A stretch of 64,000 nucleotides of DNA from Acidimicrobiaceae bacterium (lineage in GTDB: Bacteria > Actinomycetota > Acidimicrobiia > Acidimicrobiales > RAAP-2). Both the position numbers and the translations under genes were made by a program. The stretch is taken from NCBI GenBank assembly GCA_947447225.1, contig CANFJV010000001.1, positions 1,471 to 65,470 of the forward strand, written 5' to 3'. Shown here piece by piece: positions 8,782 to 18,581 of this stretch (position 1 is the stretch's first letter; each line of letters begins with the position of its first letter). The notes under the pieces were generated by a model. That model had not been told where the DNA came from. It ran no database searches and saw only the letters and a list, made by a program, of their open reading frames with translations.

Positions 8782-8988
8782 ATGCCAACGTACGACTACC
8801 TGTGCACGGCCTGCAGTCACCGATTTGAAGCCGTGCAATCCATCAAAGACGATGCCTTGACCACGTGCCCACAATGTGGTGGCACGCTGCGCAAAGTGTT
8901 TGGACTCCCCGGAATTGTGCTGAAAGGTGGCGGTTTCTACAAAACCGACAACCGCTCAGGTGGGGATTCGTCGTCGAGCTCGGACTAG
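8782..8988 (+). CDS. FmdB-family zinc-ribbon protein
   Basis: MPTYDYLCTACSHRFEAVQSI...CPQCGG with a Gly/Ser-rich tail. ATG 8782 follows cgagg. Confidence 0.85.
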   Translation: MPTYDYLCTACSHRFEAVQSIKDDALTTCPQCGGTLRKVFGLPGIVLKGGGFYKTDNRSGGDSSSSSD

Positions 8989-10340
8989 TTCCCCGACAGC
9001 GACATCTCCGCAATCGCCAGGCTCTGGCCCGCGGCGTTGCCGGGCAAGAACTCAAGGTCCTTGCCAATAGCCACAATATTGGTGAGCATTTTTTGCAAGG
9101 TTGAGGCAATCGTGGCCTCACGAAATGGCTCGGCCAGCTTGCCGTCACGAATCATGAAACCTTCAGCGCCAACCGAGAAGTCGCCGCTTACGGGACTCAC
9201 ACCGGAGTGGACGCCAGAAATTCCTTGCACATAGACGCCGTTTTCAACCTGTGCCAATACTTCATCACGAGAAAGCGTTCCGCCTTCAAGGAGCAGTGCT
9301 CGGCAGCCAGGCTGTGGCGTTCCGGCAAATCCACCTCGCACTGCGGAACCCGTTGACACGGTTCCCGCCCGACGAGCAGACACGGTGTCGTAGACGAAGC
9401 CTTGGAGTTGGCCATTTGCAACCAGTACATTTCGGCGACAAGCGAGCCCTTCGCCGTCAACCGCTGCTGCGCCATAGGCCCGAGGATCGGTCGGGTCATC
9501 AACCAAGGTGACTTGTGGGTGCGCCACCATCTCACCAATGCGACCAGCAAAAAATGATCGTCCTTTCACGACGGCCTCTCCCGAAAGTGCAGACGCAATG
9601 ATGGACAACAGCTGTGCAGTGATGCGAGCGTCAAACACGACGGTCGTCGTCATTGACTTCGGCTTCGTTGCCCCAAGCATCGACACGGCTCGCTCGATGC
9701 CGTCAGCAGCAATCTTTTCGAGGCTGAGGCTTGAAAATCCACGACCAGCGTCATAGCCGTATCCGGTTTGCACGAGGTCGCCATCAGCAGCAATGACTTC
9801 AACCGAAGCTCCAGCCGAGGAACGTCTCGTCGAGGTCAAAATGCCTGCGGTTGAGGCAAGCGCCATTTCAACTTCAGCATCGCCATAACTCGATGAGCGA
9901 ACGCCTCGGACTTTGTCGGCCGCTCTGACCTGTCGCTCGAGTTCAAGCGCAAAGGCAATCTTTTGATCGGTGGTGACGGTCCGCACCGAGTCATCAAACA
10001 AGTTCACGTCAACTTGGGCAACTCCATCAGGCGTTGCGAGCACCATGTCTGGGTCGGGCGAGCCAAACGTTGCGTTGTCGCGTGCTTCGGCCACCGTTGC
10101 CGCAATCACATCGTCATCGAGCGATCCAGCCCAGGCAAAGCCCACCCGCTGGCCTTCGGGCGTTTCTTGAAGGATGCGCACCCCAATTCCGGCCGATGTT
10201 GCCGCAGCGAGCGATTCGATTTCTCCGTCGTAGGCCGACACTTCAGTCTCGCTACCTCGAGTGACGTAGACCTCCATTGCTTCACCAGGCTGTGCGGTTG
10301 CCAAGACCTTTGAGGCCAAGTGTTCAAGTTCACTTGTCAT
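8985..10340 (-). CDS. pmbA: TldE/PmbA metalloprotease partner protein
   Basis: TldD/PmbA-family sequence throughout. ATG 10340 overlaps the tldD stop as ATGA. Confidence 0.85.
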   Translation of the reverse strand: MTSELEHLASKVLATAQPGEAMEVYVTRGSETEVSAYDGEIESLAAATSAGIGVRILQETPEGQRVGFAWAGSLDDDVIAATVAEARDNATFGSPDPDMVLATPDGVAQVDVNLFDDSVRTVTTDQKIAFALELERQVRAADKVRGVRSSSYGDAEVEMALASTAGILTSTRRSSAGASVEVIAADGDLVQTGYGYDAGRGFSSLSLEKIAADGIERAVSMLGATKPKSMTTTVVFDARITAQLLSIIASALSGEAVVKGRSFFAGRIGEMVAHPQVTLVDDPTDPRAYGAAAVDGEGLACRRNVLVANGQLQGFVYDTVSARRAGTVSTGSAVRGGFAGTPQPGCRALLLEGGTLSRDEVLAQVENGVYVQGISGVHSGVSPVSGDFSVGAEGFMIRDGKLAEPFREATIASTLQKMLTNIVAIGKDLEFLPGNAAGQSLAIAEMSLSGN

Positions 10341-11734
10341 GCCGTACCTCCAACGGTGCACGAAGTAATGCGAAGCGTGGGCTGGCCGCACCCAACGGGC
10401 ACCGACTGGCCATCTTTGCCACAGGTTCCCGTCGTCATGGAGAAGTCATCGGCAACCGCATCGATTCGACTCAAGATTTCGGGGCCGTTGCCGATGAGGT
10501 TGGCATCGCGCAGCGGCACCGTGATTTCGCCGTTTTCAATGAGGTAGGACTCCGACGTACCAAAGACGAAATCGCCAGTCGCCGTGTCCACTTGGCCGCC
10601 ACCGAGTTGCTGGACATAGATGCCGCGTTCGGTACTCGCCACAATGTCGTCGGCATTTTCGGTTCCTGCAAGCAGATAGGTGTTGGTCATGCGCACCATG
10701 GGTAGGTGCGCATAGGACTGACGACGACCATTGCCTGACGACGCTCCCCGACCGGTCTTGCGGGCTCGAAGAAAGTCCCACATGTAGTCCGTCAACACGC
10801 CATCTTCAATGAGCGTGGTGGAACTCGCCTGCGCACCTTCATCGTCAATGCGGGTGGTTCCCCATTCGCCCGCCATGGTCGAGTCATCGACCAAAGTGAT
10901 GCCTTTACTCGCCACCTGTGTACCCACACGGCCGGCATACAGCGATGTGTCTTTCACAATGAGGTCAGCTTCAAGGCCGTGTCCACAGGCCTCGTGAAAC
11001 AACATGCCGCCTGATCCGCCGGCGAGCACGATGGGCAATTCGCCAGAAGGTGCCGGCCGAGCACTGAGCTTCGTAATGGCTTGCTGTGCCGCTTTGCCGG
11101 CGAGTTCTCGGAGCAAGTCTTCGCTCAGCGCTTCGAATCCTTCAGTGCGACGAAACACTTGGAAACCGGTTTGCAGTCCCGTGTCACCATTGGCAACGGC
11201 CATCACCATGAAACCAATTCGCACTTGGTCATCTTCTTCAAAGATGCCGTCGGAGTTCGCCACCACAATGCGGCGACGAGCGTCGTTGTATTGCACCGTG
11301 ACTTGGGCAATTTCTGAACCAGTGGCGCGAGCTGCATCGTCAGCGGCAAACAACAAGTCGAGCTTTCGCTGCTTGCCAATCGACGAGGGAAGAACCGACA
11401 CCGTGGTCGGATATGCACCACCAGGGGTCAAATTGATTGCTGCGCTTGAGCCCTGCCGACCGGTTGCAACTGAGGCCGCTGCAGCAACTGCATTGAGCAG
11501 CGAAGCTTCAGAGAGGTCTGCGGTGTGGGCAAAGCCAACTGTTTCGCCAACGAGGACGCGAATACCCGCTCCACGGCTTCGTCCTGAAGCGAGTTCTTCG
11601 ACTCGACCATCGTCCAACGACGCACCAACATTGGCCCGGTCCTCGACAAAGATTTCGGCCCATTCCCCGCCATGGCCCGCAGCGGCTTGAAGGACTCGTT
11701 GTGCCACATCTGGTGTGAGAAGCGCGTTCGACAT
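10337..11734 (-). CDS. tldD: TldD metalloprotease
   Basis: HExxxH motif in MLFHEACGHGLEADL. Adjacent to and coupled with pmbA. Confidence 0.9.
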   Translation of the reverse strand: MSNALLTPDVAQRVLQAAAGHGGEWAEIFVEDRANVGASLDDGRVEELASGRSRGAGIRVLVGETVGFAHTADLSEASLLNAVAAAASVATGRQGSSAAINLTPGGAYPTTVSVLPSSIGKQRKLDLLFAADDAARATGSEIAQVTVQYNDARRRIVVANSDGIFEEDDQVRIGFMVMAVANGDTGLQTGFQVFRRTEGFEALSEDLLRELAGKAAQQAITKLSARPAPSGELPIVLAGGSGGMLFHEACGHGLEADLIVKDTSLYAGRVGTQVASKGITLVDDSTMAGEWGTTRIDDEGAQASSTTLIEDGVLTDYMWDFLRARKTGRGASSGNGRRQSYAHLPMVRMTNTYLLAGTENADDIVASTERGIYVQQLGGGQVDTATGDFVFGTSESYLIENGEITVPLRDANLIGNGPEILSRIDAVADDFSMTTGTCGKDGQSVPVGCGQPTLRITSCTVGGTA

Positions 11735-11752
11735 GCCCGGTAGCGTAGTGCC

Positions 11753-13003
11753 ATGAGTGAGCGGAATCAGCGAACCGCTCGGTCATCTCTTTTGAGATCC
11801 ACCCCATGGATTATCACCTTTGCCTTCATCGCTTTGGGGTCATTTTGGGGATCGTGGAACGCTGTGCTTGCCTCAGTGCAGCAGGCCTTTGGGCTCTCCA
11901 ACACGAGTCTTGGCGTGCTGCTTGCCATTGGCGTGACCGCAGGTGCTGGTGCCGGGGCCGCAATTGGCCATCTTGGGCGACGGCGTCGACCCCTGCACCT
12001 TTTGTGCGCCATCTTGGCGGCCTGGGGAGTGTTGCTGATCCCCCTCGTTTCGCTCTCCGGCTTTGTTGGGTTCGCCATTTCGTTCAGCGCCGTTCAAATC
12101 GTCATGGGCGCTGTCGATGCACAGATGAATGTGGGGGCAACTGCGGCGCTGTTCACGCAACCTGGCGCACTCGTCAGATTTCATGGGCTCTTCAATGTGG
12201 GCTGCATTGCTGGCGCCCTCGGCACGGCAACCTTTGGCGTCACGAGTATCGGAGGAGCGCGGGTCTGGCCCGTGCTTTCGGTGGTGCTGTTGTTGGCAAC
12301 GCTGTTGTGGTGGGTGAGGAATCGCTCGCAGCCCGATGAGGCCCTGTCTGATGAGGTTCACCTCACGCTGGCGAGCCCCTCTGGCGATGCGGCAGTAACG
12401 ACATCGACGCACGACGAGGCGGGGATTTTGGCCATTTTGCGTCGCGATTCCATGGTGGGATTTCTGGTTGTCTTTGCCACCGCCGCACTGGTGGAAGGAG
12501 GCGTGTTCACCTGGGGCGTGCTCTACCTACGCCGAGAGCTCCACATTGGCCTTTTTGTTGGCGCTTCGGCCTACGCCCTCGGCAATGTCATTGCCGGTGT
12601 TGGGAGATTCTTCGGTGGTCCGTTGATCTCTTCTGTGGCCCCTCTTCGCGCCTTGGCTATTGGCAGCTCACTGACTGCGATTGGCCTCATGGTTGAAGCA
12701 AGCACGCACCATGGTGTGGTGGCGGTCGTCGTGTTCGTCATTGCTGCGGCTGGCGTCAGTCTCAACTGGCCACTCCTCATGGCCGATGTTGGCAATCGAT
12801 CATCAAGTCCTGGTTCTGCCGTTGGCGCCTTCACCGCTGCGGGTTACCTCGGCTGGGTGGCGGGAGCGCCGCTTATTGGCATCGTGGCCGATAGCTGGTC
12901 GTTGGCGGCTGGGCTCGTCAGTCTCGGCGCACTCGCGTTCATGGTTGCGGTGGCCGCGGTAGTCCTCAAACGGGTGAACCCAGGAAAAGTTCAGTCACGG
13001 TAG
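11753..13003 (+). CDS. MFS-type transporter
   Basis: About 12 hydrophobic segments in 416 aa. No substrate assignment is possible. Confidence 0.7.
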   Translation: MSERNQRTARSSLLRSTPWIITFAFIALGSFWGSWNAVLASVQQAFGLSNTSLGVLLAIGVTAGAGAGAAIGHLGRRRRPLHLLCAILAAWGVLLIPLVSLSGFVGFAISFSAVQIVMGAVDAQMNVGATAALFTQPGALVRFHGLFNVGCIAGALGTATFGVTSIGGARVWPVLSVVLLLATLLWWVRNRSQPDEALSDEVHLTLASPSGDAAVTTSTHDEAGILAILRRDSMVGFLVVFATAALVEGGVFTWGVLYLRRELHIGLFVGASAYALGNVIAGVGRFFGGPLISSVAPLRALAIGSSLTAIGLMVEASTHHGVVAVVVFVIAAAGVSLNWPLLMADVGNRSSSPGSAVGAFTAAGYLGWVAGAPLIGIVADSWSLAAGLVSLGALAFMVAVAAVVLKRVNPGKVQSR

Positions 13004-13031
13004 CCTGCTAGGTACTCGGAGGGAGCCCCAG

Positions 13032-14981
13032 ATGCTGTTAGCGAAGATCGAGACACCCGAAGATCTCCGCGGCCTCTCCTACGAAGAACTTGATCAGCTG
13101 AGTGCCGAGATTCGAGAGTTCATCGTGGCAACCGTGACGACGACCGGTGGCCACCTTGGCTCAAACCTCGGTGTTGTCGAATTGACCTTGGCACTGCATC
13201 GCAGTTTCTCGAGTCCAAAAGATGCGATTTTGTGGGACACCGGCCATCAGGCGTACGTCCACAAGCTCGTCACTGGTCGTCGGTACGGCTTTAAAGACCT
13301 CCGTCAGGCTGGTGGCCTGTCGGGCTATCCCAACCGAGATGAATCTGAACATGACTGGATTGAGAATTCGCACGCTTCACCAGTGCTCTCCTATGCCCAT
13401 GGACTTGCAACGGCATGGCAGCTCGACGGTTCTTCCTCGCCTACTGGAGGCAACCGACGAGTAGTCGCCGTCATTGGTGATGGTGCCTTGACCGGCGGTA
13501 TGGCCTACGAGGCGCTCAATAACTTGGGGCACTCCGGGACCAAGGTGCTCGTCGTGCTCAACGACAATGGTCGAAGCTACGCCCCGACGGTGTCGCAGTT
13601 GTCGAACTCACTTACGCAAATTCGCCTGAATCACACCTACCTGCAGACCAGAGACAAGCTTCGAACCTTGCTCAAGGAGATCCCAAAGGTTGGCGATCTC
13701 GCCTATTCATCGGTCTCAGGACTGACGACGGCTATTCGCGAGGCCATTACGCCTCGTACCTTTTTTGAGGCATTGGGTGTGCGCTACGCCGGACCGATTG
13801 ACGGCCATGACCTCAAAGCACTTGAACAAGCCATCAAAGGCGCCCAAGAATGGGACGGCCCAATGGTGCTGCATGTACTTACCCAAAAGGGTCGTGGCTA
13901 CGGGCCAGCCGAGCAAGATGATCTTCAGCGACTCCATGACTACAAAGTTGGGCGCACGCAAGTGGCACTCAATGATGAAGCCGAAGGCATTGCTCCAACA
14001 CCAATTGCGCAAACCTATACCGATGCATTTTCTCAAGCGCTCGTTCGCGCCGGGGCGGCCGATGATCGTGTGGTCGCGCTGACCGCAGCCATGATGGGTC
14101 CAACCGGGCTCTTGCCCTTCCAAAGTGCGTTCCCAACTCGATGTTTTGACGTTGGCATTGCCGAAAGTCATGCCTTCACTGCAGCGGCTGGAATGGCCAT
14201 GGGAGGACTTCGTCCAGTTGTTGCGGTGTATTCGACCTTTTTCACTCGAGCCTTCGACCAAGCGAACTTAGATGTGGCCCTCCATGACCAGCCGGTCGTG
14301 ATGGTGTTTGACCGAGCCGGCATCACTGGTGACGACGGTGCGTCCCACCACGGCGTGCTGGATTTGGCCCTCAGTTTGGCCATCCCTCAGGTAACGGTTT
14401 TTGCCCCTTCTTCGGCGGAAGAAATCGGCCCGATGCTCGAAACCGCGCTCAGCCTCGGTGGCCCCGCCACCATCCGCTTTCCAAAAACCCCAGCTCGTCA
14501 TGTCGCTCCCGAAGAAGTTGGTCACGGGCTGTCGGCTCGTCGAGTGCGCGAGGGAGATGGCACCGTGTGTCTACTTGGCGTCGGCAAGATGCTTGCAGCA
14601 TGTGTTGAAGCGGCCGACCTACTCGCGCACCACGGTGTGACCGTAACGGTGTGGGACCCAAGAGTGATCGCCCCGGCCGATGTCGCCATGGTGAGCGATG
14701 CCGCGTCACACGATCTTGTCGTTACCGCTGAAGACGGCATTCGCCTCGGTGGTGCAGGCACACACCTCATTGACGCCATTGAACAGCGAGCTCGCCTCCT
14801 TGGCCGCAACGTGCCAACCTCAATCACTCTTGGCATTCCAAAGACATTCCTGGCGCACGGAAAGCCGGACGCGATCTTGGCTGGACTTGGTCTCGATGGC
14901 CCTGGCATTGCCGCGAGCGTTTTGGCCGGACTTTCCGGATCTGCGCTTCCCGGTCAGCGAGTTGACGCCCTCGAGCATTAA
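13032..14981 (+). CDS. dxs: 1-deoxy-D-xylulose-5-phosphate synthase
   Basis: GGHLGSNLGVVELT and the ThDP motif GDGALTGGMAYEALN. The 649-aa length is typical. Confidence 0.95.
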   Translation: MLLAKIETPEDLRGLSYEELDQLSAEIREFIVATVTTTGGHLGSNLGVVELTLALHRSFSSPKDAILWDTGHQAYVHKLVTGRRYGFKDLRQAGGLSGYPNRDESEHDWIENSHASPVLSYAHGLATAWQLDGSSSPTGGNRRVVAVIGDGALTGGMAYEALNNLGHSGTKVLVVLNDNGRSYAPTVSQLSNSLTQIRLNHTYLQTRDKLRTLLKEIPKVGDLAYSSVSGLTTAIREAITPRTFFEALGVRYAGPIDGHDLKALEQAIKGAQEWDGPMVLHVLTQKGRGYGPAEQDDLQRLHDYKVGRTQVALNDEAEGIAPTPIAQTYTDAFSQALVRAGAADDRVVALTAAMMGPTGLLPFQSAFPTRCFDVGIAESHAFTAAAGMAMGGLRPVVAVYSTFFTRAFDQANLDVALHDQPVVMVFDRAGITGDDGASHHGVLDLALSLAIPQVTVFAPSSAEEIGPMLETALSLGGPATIRFPKTPARHVAPEEVGHGLSARRVREGDGTVCLLGVGKMLAACVEAADLLAHHGVTVTVWDPRVIAPADVAMVSDAASHDLVVTAEDGIRLGGAGTHLIDAIEQRARLLGRNVPTSITLGIPKTFLAHGKPDAILAGLGLDGPGIAASVLAGLSGSALPGQRVDALEH

Positions 14982-15019
14982 GTCGACGTCACGTCGAGAA
15001 TCGTTCTCGAGTGATTCTG

Positions 15020-15940
15020 CTAAACCGCCGGCAAGCCTTCAATAAGGCGCCCCTCGGCAAAATCCTGCTCGAACTTCGAGACATCATCGCGCACTAAGGC
15101 CTCAAATTGTTCTCGAAGCATGGGGGGCATCTGCAAGTTCGAAGTGGAACCGCCACCTGGTTCGCTTGTTTTGACGGCCCTTGATCGCACGTCGATGTGA
15201 TAGCGAATCGATTTTGGTAACACTTTGGCGACGAGTGAGCGGAGTTTCGATCCTCGACCAAACATCAACAAGCGGTGCAACAAGCTTTCTCGGCCAACCG
15301 CCGTATTGAAGCGAAATTCCAAATTCTCAATCTCGATGGTTGCATCCACACCAAGGCGGGTAAAGATATCTGCAACGACCTCATGTCGACGAGTATCGAG
15401 ATCACGTTGGCGATACCGGAGTATTTGCTCCGGCCGAAAGCGTTCATAGAACGGAACAAGACACTCGTGATATCGACTCATCTCGACGTATTTGGAATGT
15501 GGGTCACGCAAGGCCTCTTCAAGGGTGCGACCTTCTCGGCCTCGCGAGGCCTCGTGGTGAAAGTGCGAGACCGCTCGATCAAAGGGATCTCGGGTGAGCA
15601 CAATGAGCGTTGCCGAAGGAACAATTTTCACCATGCGTTCGGCAGCACCGGCATGCCCAGGGTCCATATACGCCGGTGATGACTCGCCACGAACAGGCAT
15701 GGCTGCATCAAAGTGCTTTCGATACCACTCGAGCCCTCGGTCATAATTGCGACCCTGGACGCCCTTATGTACTGGGTCATCGACGTCCGACACAAAGAAA
15801 TTGAGTTCCTTTGGTTGGGACATCTGCACCTGCGGGTGTTGTCCGAGGTAATTGTGGAGCGAGGAGGTTCCCGACTTCATCACACCAATAATGATGACGG
15901 TCGGGAGGTCGCCGCGAACAAAAAGGTCTTCTTCTGGCAC
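15020..15940 (-). CDS. sulfotransferase family protein
   Basis: PAPS 5'-phosphosulfate-binding loop IIIGVMKSGTSSL, and a later RDP..R..S segment. Confidence 0.75.
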   Translation of the reverse strand: MPEEDLFVRGDLPTVIIIGVMKSGTSSLHNYLGQHPQVQMSQPKELNFFVSDVDDPVHKGVQGRNYDRGLEWYRKHFDAAMPVRGESSPAYMDPGHAGAAERMVKIVPSATLIVLTRDPFDRAVSHFHHEASRGREGRTLEEALRDPHSKYVEMSRYHECLVPFYERFRPEQILRYRQRDLDTRRHEVVADIFTRLGVDATIEIENLEFRFNTAVGRESLLHRLLMFGRGSKLRSLVAKVLPKSIRYHIDVRSRAVKTSEPGGGSTSNLQMPPMLREQFEALVRDDVSKFEQDFAEGRLIEGLPAV

Positions 15941-16019
15941 GTGAAGCCTTTCAGGTCAATGTGCGGAGTTGAGCGCTTCACACCCTACTGATTACTGAGG
16001 GGAGGGTTGCGCATTTGTC

Positions 16020-16241
16020 CTACTCAACCATGGTGTCGAGATTGCCGTCGCGCGTGAACACCTTGACCGACATCTGCTCGTGCCCTGTTCGATCTGGCAA
16101 GTTCTGATCGAAGATTGCCCGATGTTGGTGGCGGTAGACGACCTTGTCGCAACGCACGGCCACTTCACCTGATCGAAAAACCAGAACCCGCATGAGCAGC
16201 ATTTGCTCCCACAACCGAACTACCGTGGCAGCCTGTTGCAC
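16020..16241 (-). CDS. hypothetical small protein (57-73 aa)
   Basis: It is the only ORF in a 330-nt gap. No recognisable motif and poorly placed SD candidates. Confidence 0.3.
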   Translation of the reverse strand: MQQAATVVRLWEQMLLMRVLVFRSGEVAVRCDKVVYRHQHRAIFDQNLPDRTGHEQMSVKVFTRDGNLDTMVE

Positions 16242-16268
16242 TCGTGCAAGATCTCATTTCACGTGACC

Positions 16269-17372
16269 ATGAAGGGGGCATGCGTGAGGACTCAATCTTC
16301 GCTTCTTGGCAAGGTAGCCGTTGCGCTGTTGTTCAGTCTTGTGCTCTCCTTTCTGGCACTACCGGTGGCGCACACCAACGCGGCCACTTCCTCTCCGACG
16401 CTGACGGCACTTCCACAACTCACCCAAATTCAGCAGTGGCTAAAAACCGGTTCGCAGAAGGCGCCGTTGCCATCAGCCCTCGCCCGTCAGCTTGGATCGG
16501 TCACCCAGTCAAATTTCCAAAGTGACGCGTGTCGCGAGATGCCATCGGCTGAACCAGTAGCGCGCGGCTGCAATTTCGGCGATCTTTCGAGCTCCAAAGT
16601 CGTGGTGTTATACGGCGATTCCTTCGCCGAGCAACTGATTCCGGCGTTGTCTGCACTCGGTACGAAGAACCACTTTCGAGTGGTCGCCTATGCACGATTG
16701 GGCTGTCCATTTGCCAATATTGCAATCTCAAACTGGCTTGGCACGGTCGACCAAGGTTGTGCGACCTTTCGCAAGAACGTCATTACCGAAGTGAAGACAA
16801 TGTCACCAAAGCCAGTGCTCGTGTTACTGAGTGAGTTCATTCAGCTGAATTCGCCCACCAATCACTTGGCCCTTGTTCCGGTTGCCAACTTTGTCAACGG
16901 GGTGACCAAGACAATGCAAGACATTGGGTCAACAGGCCTCGTCACCCGCGTCATCCTTGGCGTTCCTCAAACAAACGGGCTTCCAGCAACCTGCTTGGCC
17001 AAGAACTTGAGCAATGTTTCGGCCTGTGCCCTTTCGACCGCAACTGCCTTCAAGCGCGTCCATGACCTCGAGATCAAGACTGCACTCACCAAAATTGGCG
17101 TGAAGACGGTCAACATGAGCACGTTGTTCTGCAACAACATGTGCCCGGTCGTTGCTGGAAACTACTTCGTGCACTCCGACACTGTGCACATGAATGCTGC
17201 CTACGCAACGGTAACGGCGACTGGACTCGGGACCCTGATTGGGTGCTCCTCGGTGGGCTACTCCAAGGCCTGGCTGTCGGCGAATCCAATCTTTTCGACA
17301 CTGCTGCCAACGCTCAGTTCTGCCAACGTTCAGGCGCAATGCCAAGTAGCCAACAACGCACCTTTGGCCTAG
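16269..17372 (+). CDS. secreted stand-alone SGNH-hydrolase-domain protein (like the C-terminal domain of OafA/acyltransferase-3 proteins)
   Basis: Signal-peptide-like LLGKVAVALLFSLVLSFLALPVAHTNA, the GDS block VVVLYGDSFAEQ, and many paired Cys. Confidence 0.7.
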   Translation: MKGACVRTQSSLLGKVAVALLFSLVLSFLALPVAHTNAATSSPTLTALPQLTQIQQWLKTGSQKAPLPSALARQLGSVTQSNFQSDACREMPSAEPVARGCNFGDLSSSKVVVLYGDSFAEQLIPALSALGTKNHFRVVAYARLGCPFANIAISNWLGTVDQGCATFRKNVITEVKTMSPKPVLVLLSEFIQLNSPTNHLALVPVANFVNGVTKTMQDIGSTGLVTRVILGVPQTNGLPATCLAKNLSNVSACALSTATAFKRVHDLEIKTALTKIGVKTVNMSTLFCNNMCPVVAGNYFVHSDTVHMNAAYATVTATGLGTLIGCSSVGYSKAWLSANPIFSTLLPTLSSANVQAQCQVANNAPLA

Positions 17373-17410
17373 GTCGAACTGAAACGGCCTCCGGCGGAAG
17401 ATAAAGAAAC

Positions 17411-17444
17411 AAGAGCCCTTCACGCTGCAGCATGAAGGGCTCTT
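17411..17444. terminator. perfect 12-bp stem, 10-nt loop hairpin between convergent genes
   Basis: aagagcccttca-cgctgcagca-tgaagggctctt, followed on the plus strand by ggaggcgttgtttt. Confidence 0.7.
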
Positions 17445-17463
17445 GGAGGCGTTGTTTTACTGC

Positions 17464-18573
17464 TTAGAACGTGAGCACACCTCGTGCGACGGTTCCTGAG
17501 TGCATGGCGTCAACGACATCTCGGAACTGCTCAAGCGGCGTCGTGAGCGACACGAGCTCGTCAAGCTTTAATTGGCCGGACTGATAAAGATCAACCATGA
17601 GCTTCACGTCGTGATGCGGACGAGCTGATCCGTAGCGGCAACCAAGCAGACCACGGTCAACGTAGGCCAAGCTGTTGATGTCAACGCTGACTTCAGTACC
17701 ACGTGGCGGAATGCCAATGGCAACTGCATTGCCACCCCAGTCAAGGCAGTCAAGCGCACTCTTCAGCACTGCTGGGTGGCCAACGCAGTCAAAGGCCCAT
17801 GTCACGCCACCAAGTGGGAAAAGTGCTCCCCACGCGTGTTCGTTCGACATCGGCACTGCTTCTCGAACCGCTTTAGCTGAGTCAATGCCTTCGCCGGCAA
17901 GCACAAAGTCCGTTGCGCCAAACTGGCGTGCAAGTGCTTCTTTGCCAGGTTGGTTGTCCACCGCGACGATCTTGGTTGCACCGGCAATCTTGAGGCCTTG
18001 GATAACGTTCAATCCAACGCCACCAACGCCAAATACGGCCGAGGTCTCGCCCGGGCGAACCTTCGCACGGTTGAGGACGGCGCCGACGCCGGTCAACACA
18101 CCACAGCCAATGAGGCACGCCGAGGTGAACGGAATCGAATCAGGAATCTTGACCACTTGGACTTCGGCGACAATCGTCTGCTCGGCAAATACCGACACGG
18201 CGGCAAAATTCGAGGCTGGCTCGCCCTTATAGGTAAAGGGAAACGAGATGTTGCCAAGTGTCGACAAGCACCACGATGGGTGGCCAGTTGAACAGGCTCG
18301 GCACACGCCACAGCTGGCCAAGGTCGCAATGACCACGTGGTCACCAACTTTGACAGAGCGCACCTCAGAGCCAACCGCTTCCACAATGCCGGCACCTTCG
18401 TGTCCGAGCACTGCTGGCGGCTTCCATGGAATGGTGCCGTTAATGACCGAAAGGTCCGAGTGACACACGCCCGCTGCTTGGATTGACACCTTGACCTGCG
18501 TTGGCCCTGGGTCGCCGATTCCAAGTTCGTCGGTGACCTCTGCCCCATCACCGGTGTAGACAATGCCGCGCAT
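17464..18573 (-). CDS. zinc-dependent alcohol dehydrogenase family protein
   Basis: GVCHSDL, GHEGAGIVEAVG and structural-zinc Cys cluster CGVCRAC. Confidence 0.85.
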   Translation of the reverse strand: MRGIVYTGDGAEVTDELGIGDPGPTQVKVSIQAAGVCHSDLSVINGTIPWKPPAVLGHEGAGIVEAVGSEVRSVKVGDHVVIATLASCGVCRACSTGHPSWCLSTLGNISFPFTYKGEPASNFAAVSVFAEQTIVAEVQVVKIPDSIPFTSACLIGCGVLTGVGAVLNRAKVRPGETSAVFGVGGVGLNVIQGLKIAGATKIVAVDNQPGKEALARQFGATDFVLAGEGIDSAKAVREAVPMSNEHAWGALFPLGGVTWAFDCVGHPAVLKSALDCLDWGGNAVAIGIPPRGTEVSVDINSLAYVDRGLLGCRYGSARPHHDVKLMVDLYQSGQLKLDELVSLTTPLEQFRDVVDAMHSGTVARGVLTF

Positions 18574-18581
18574 GATTCCCC

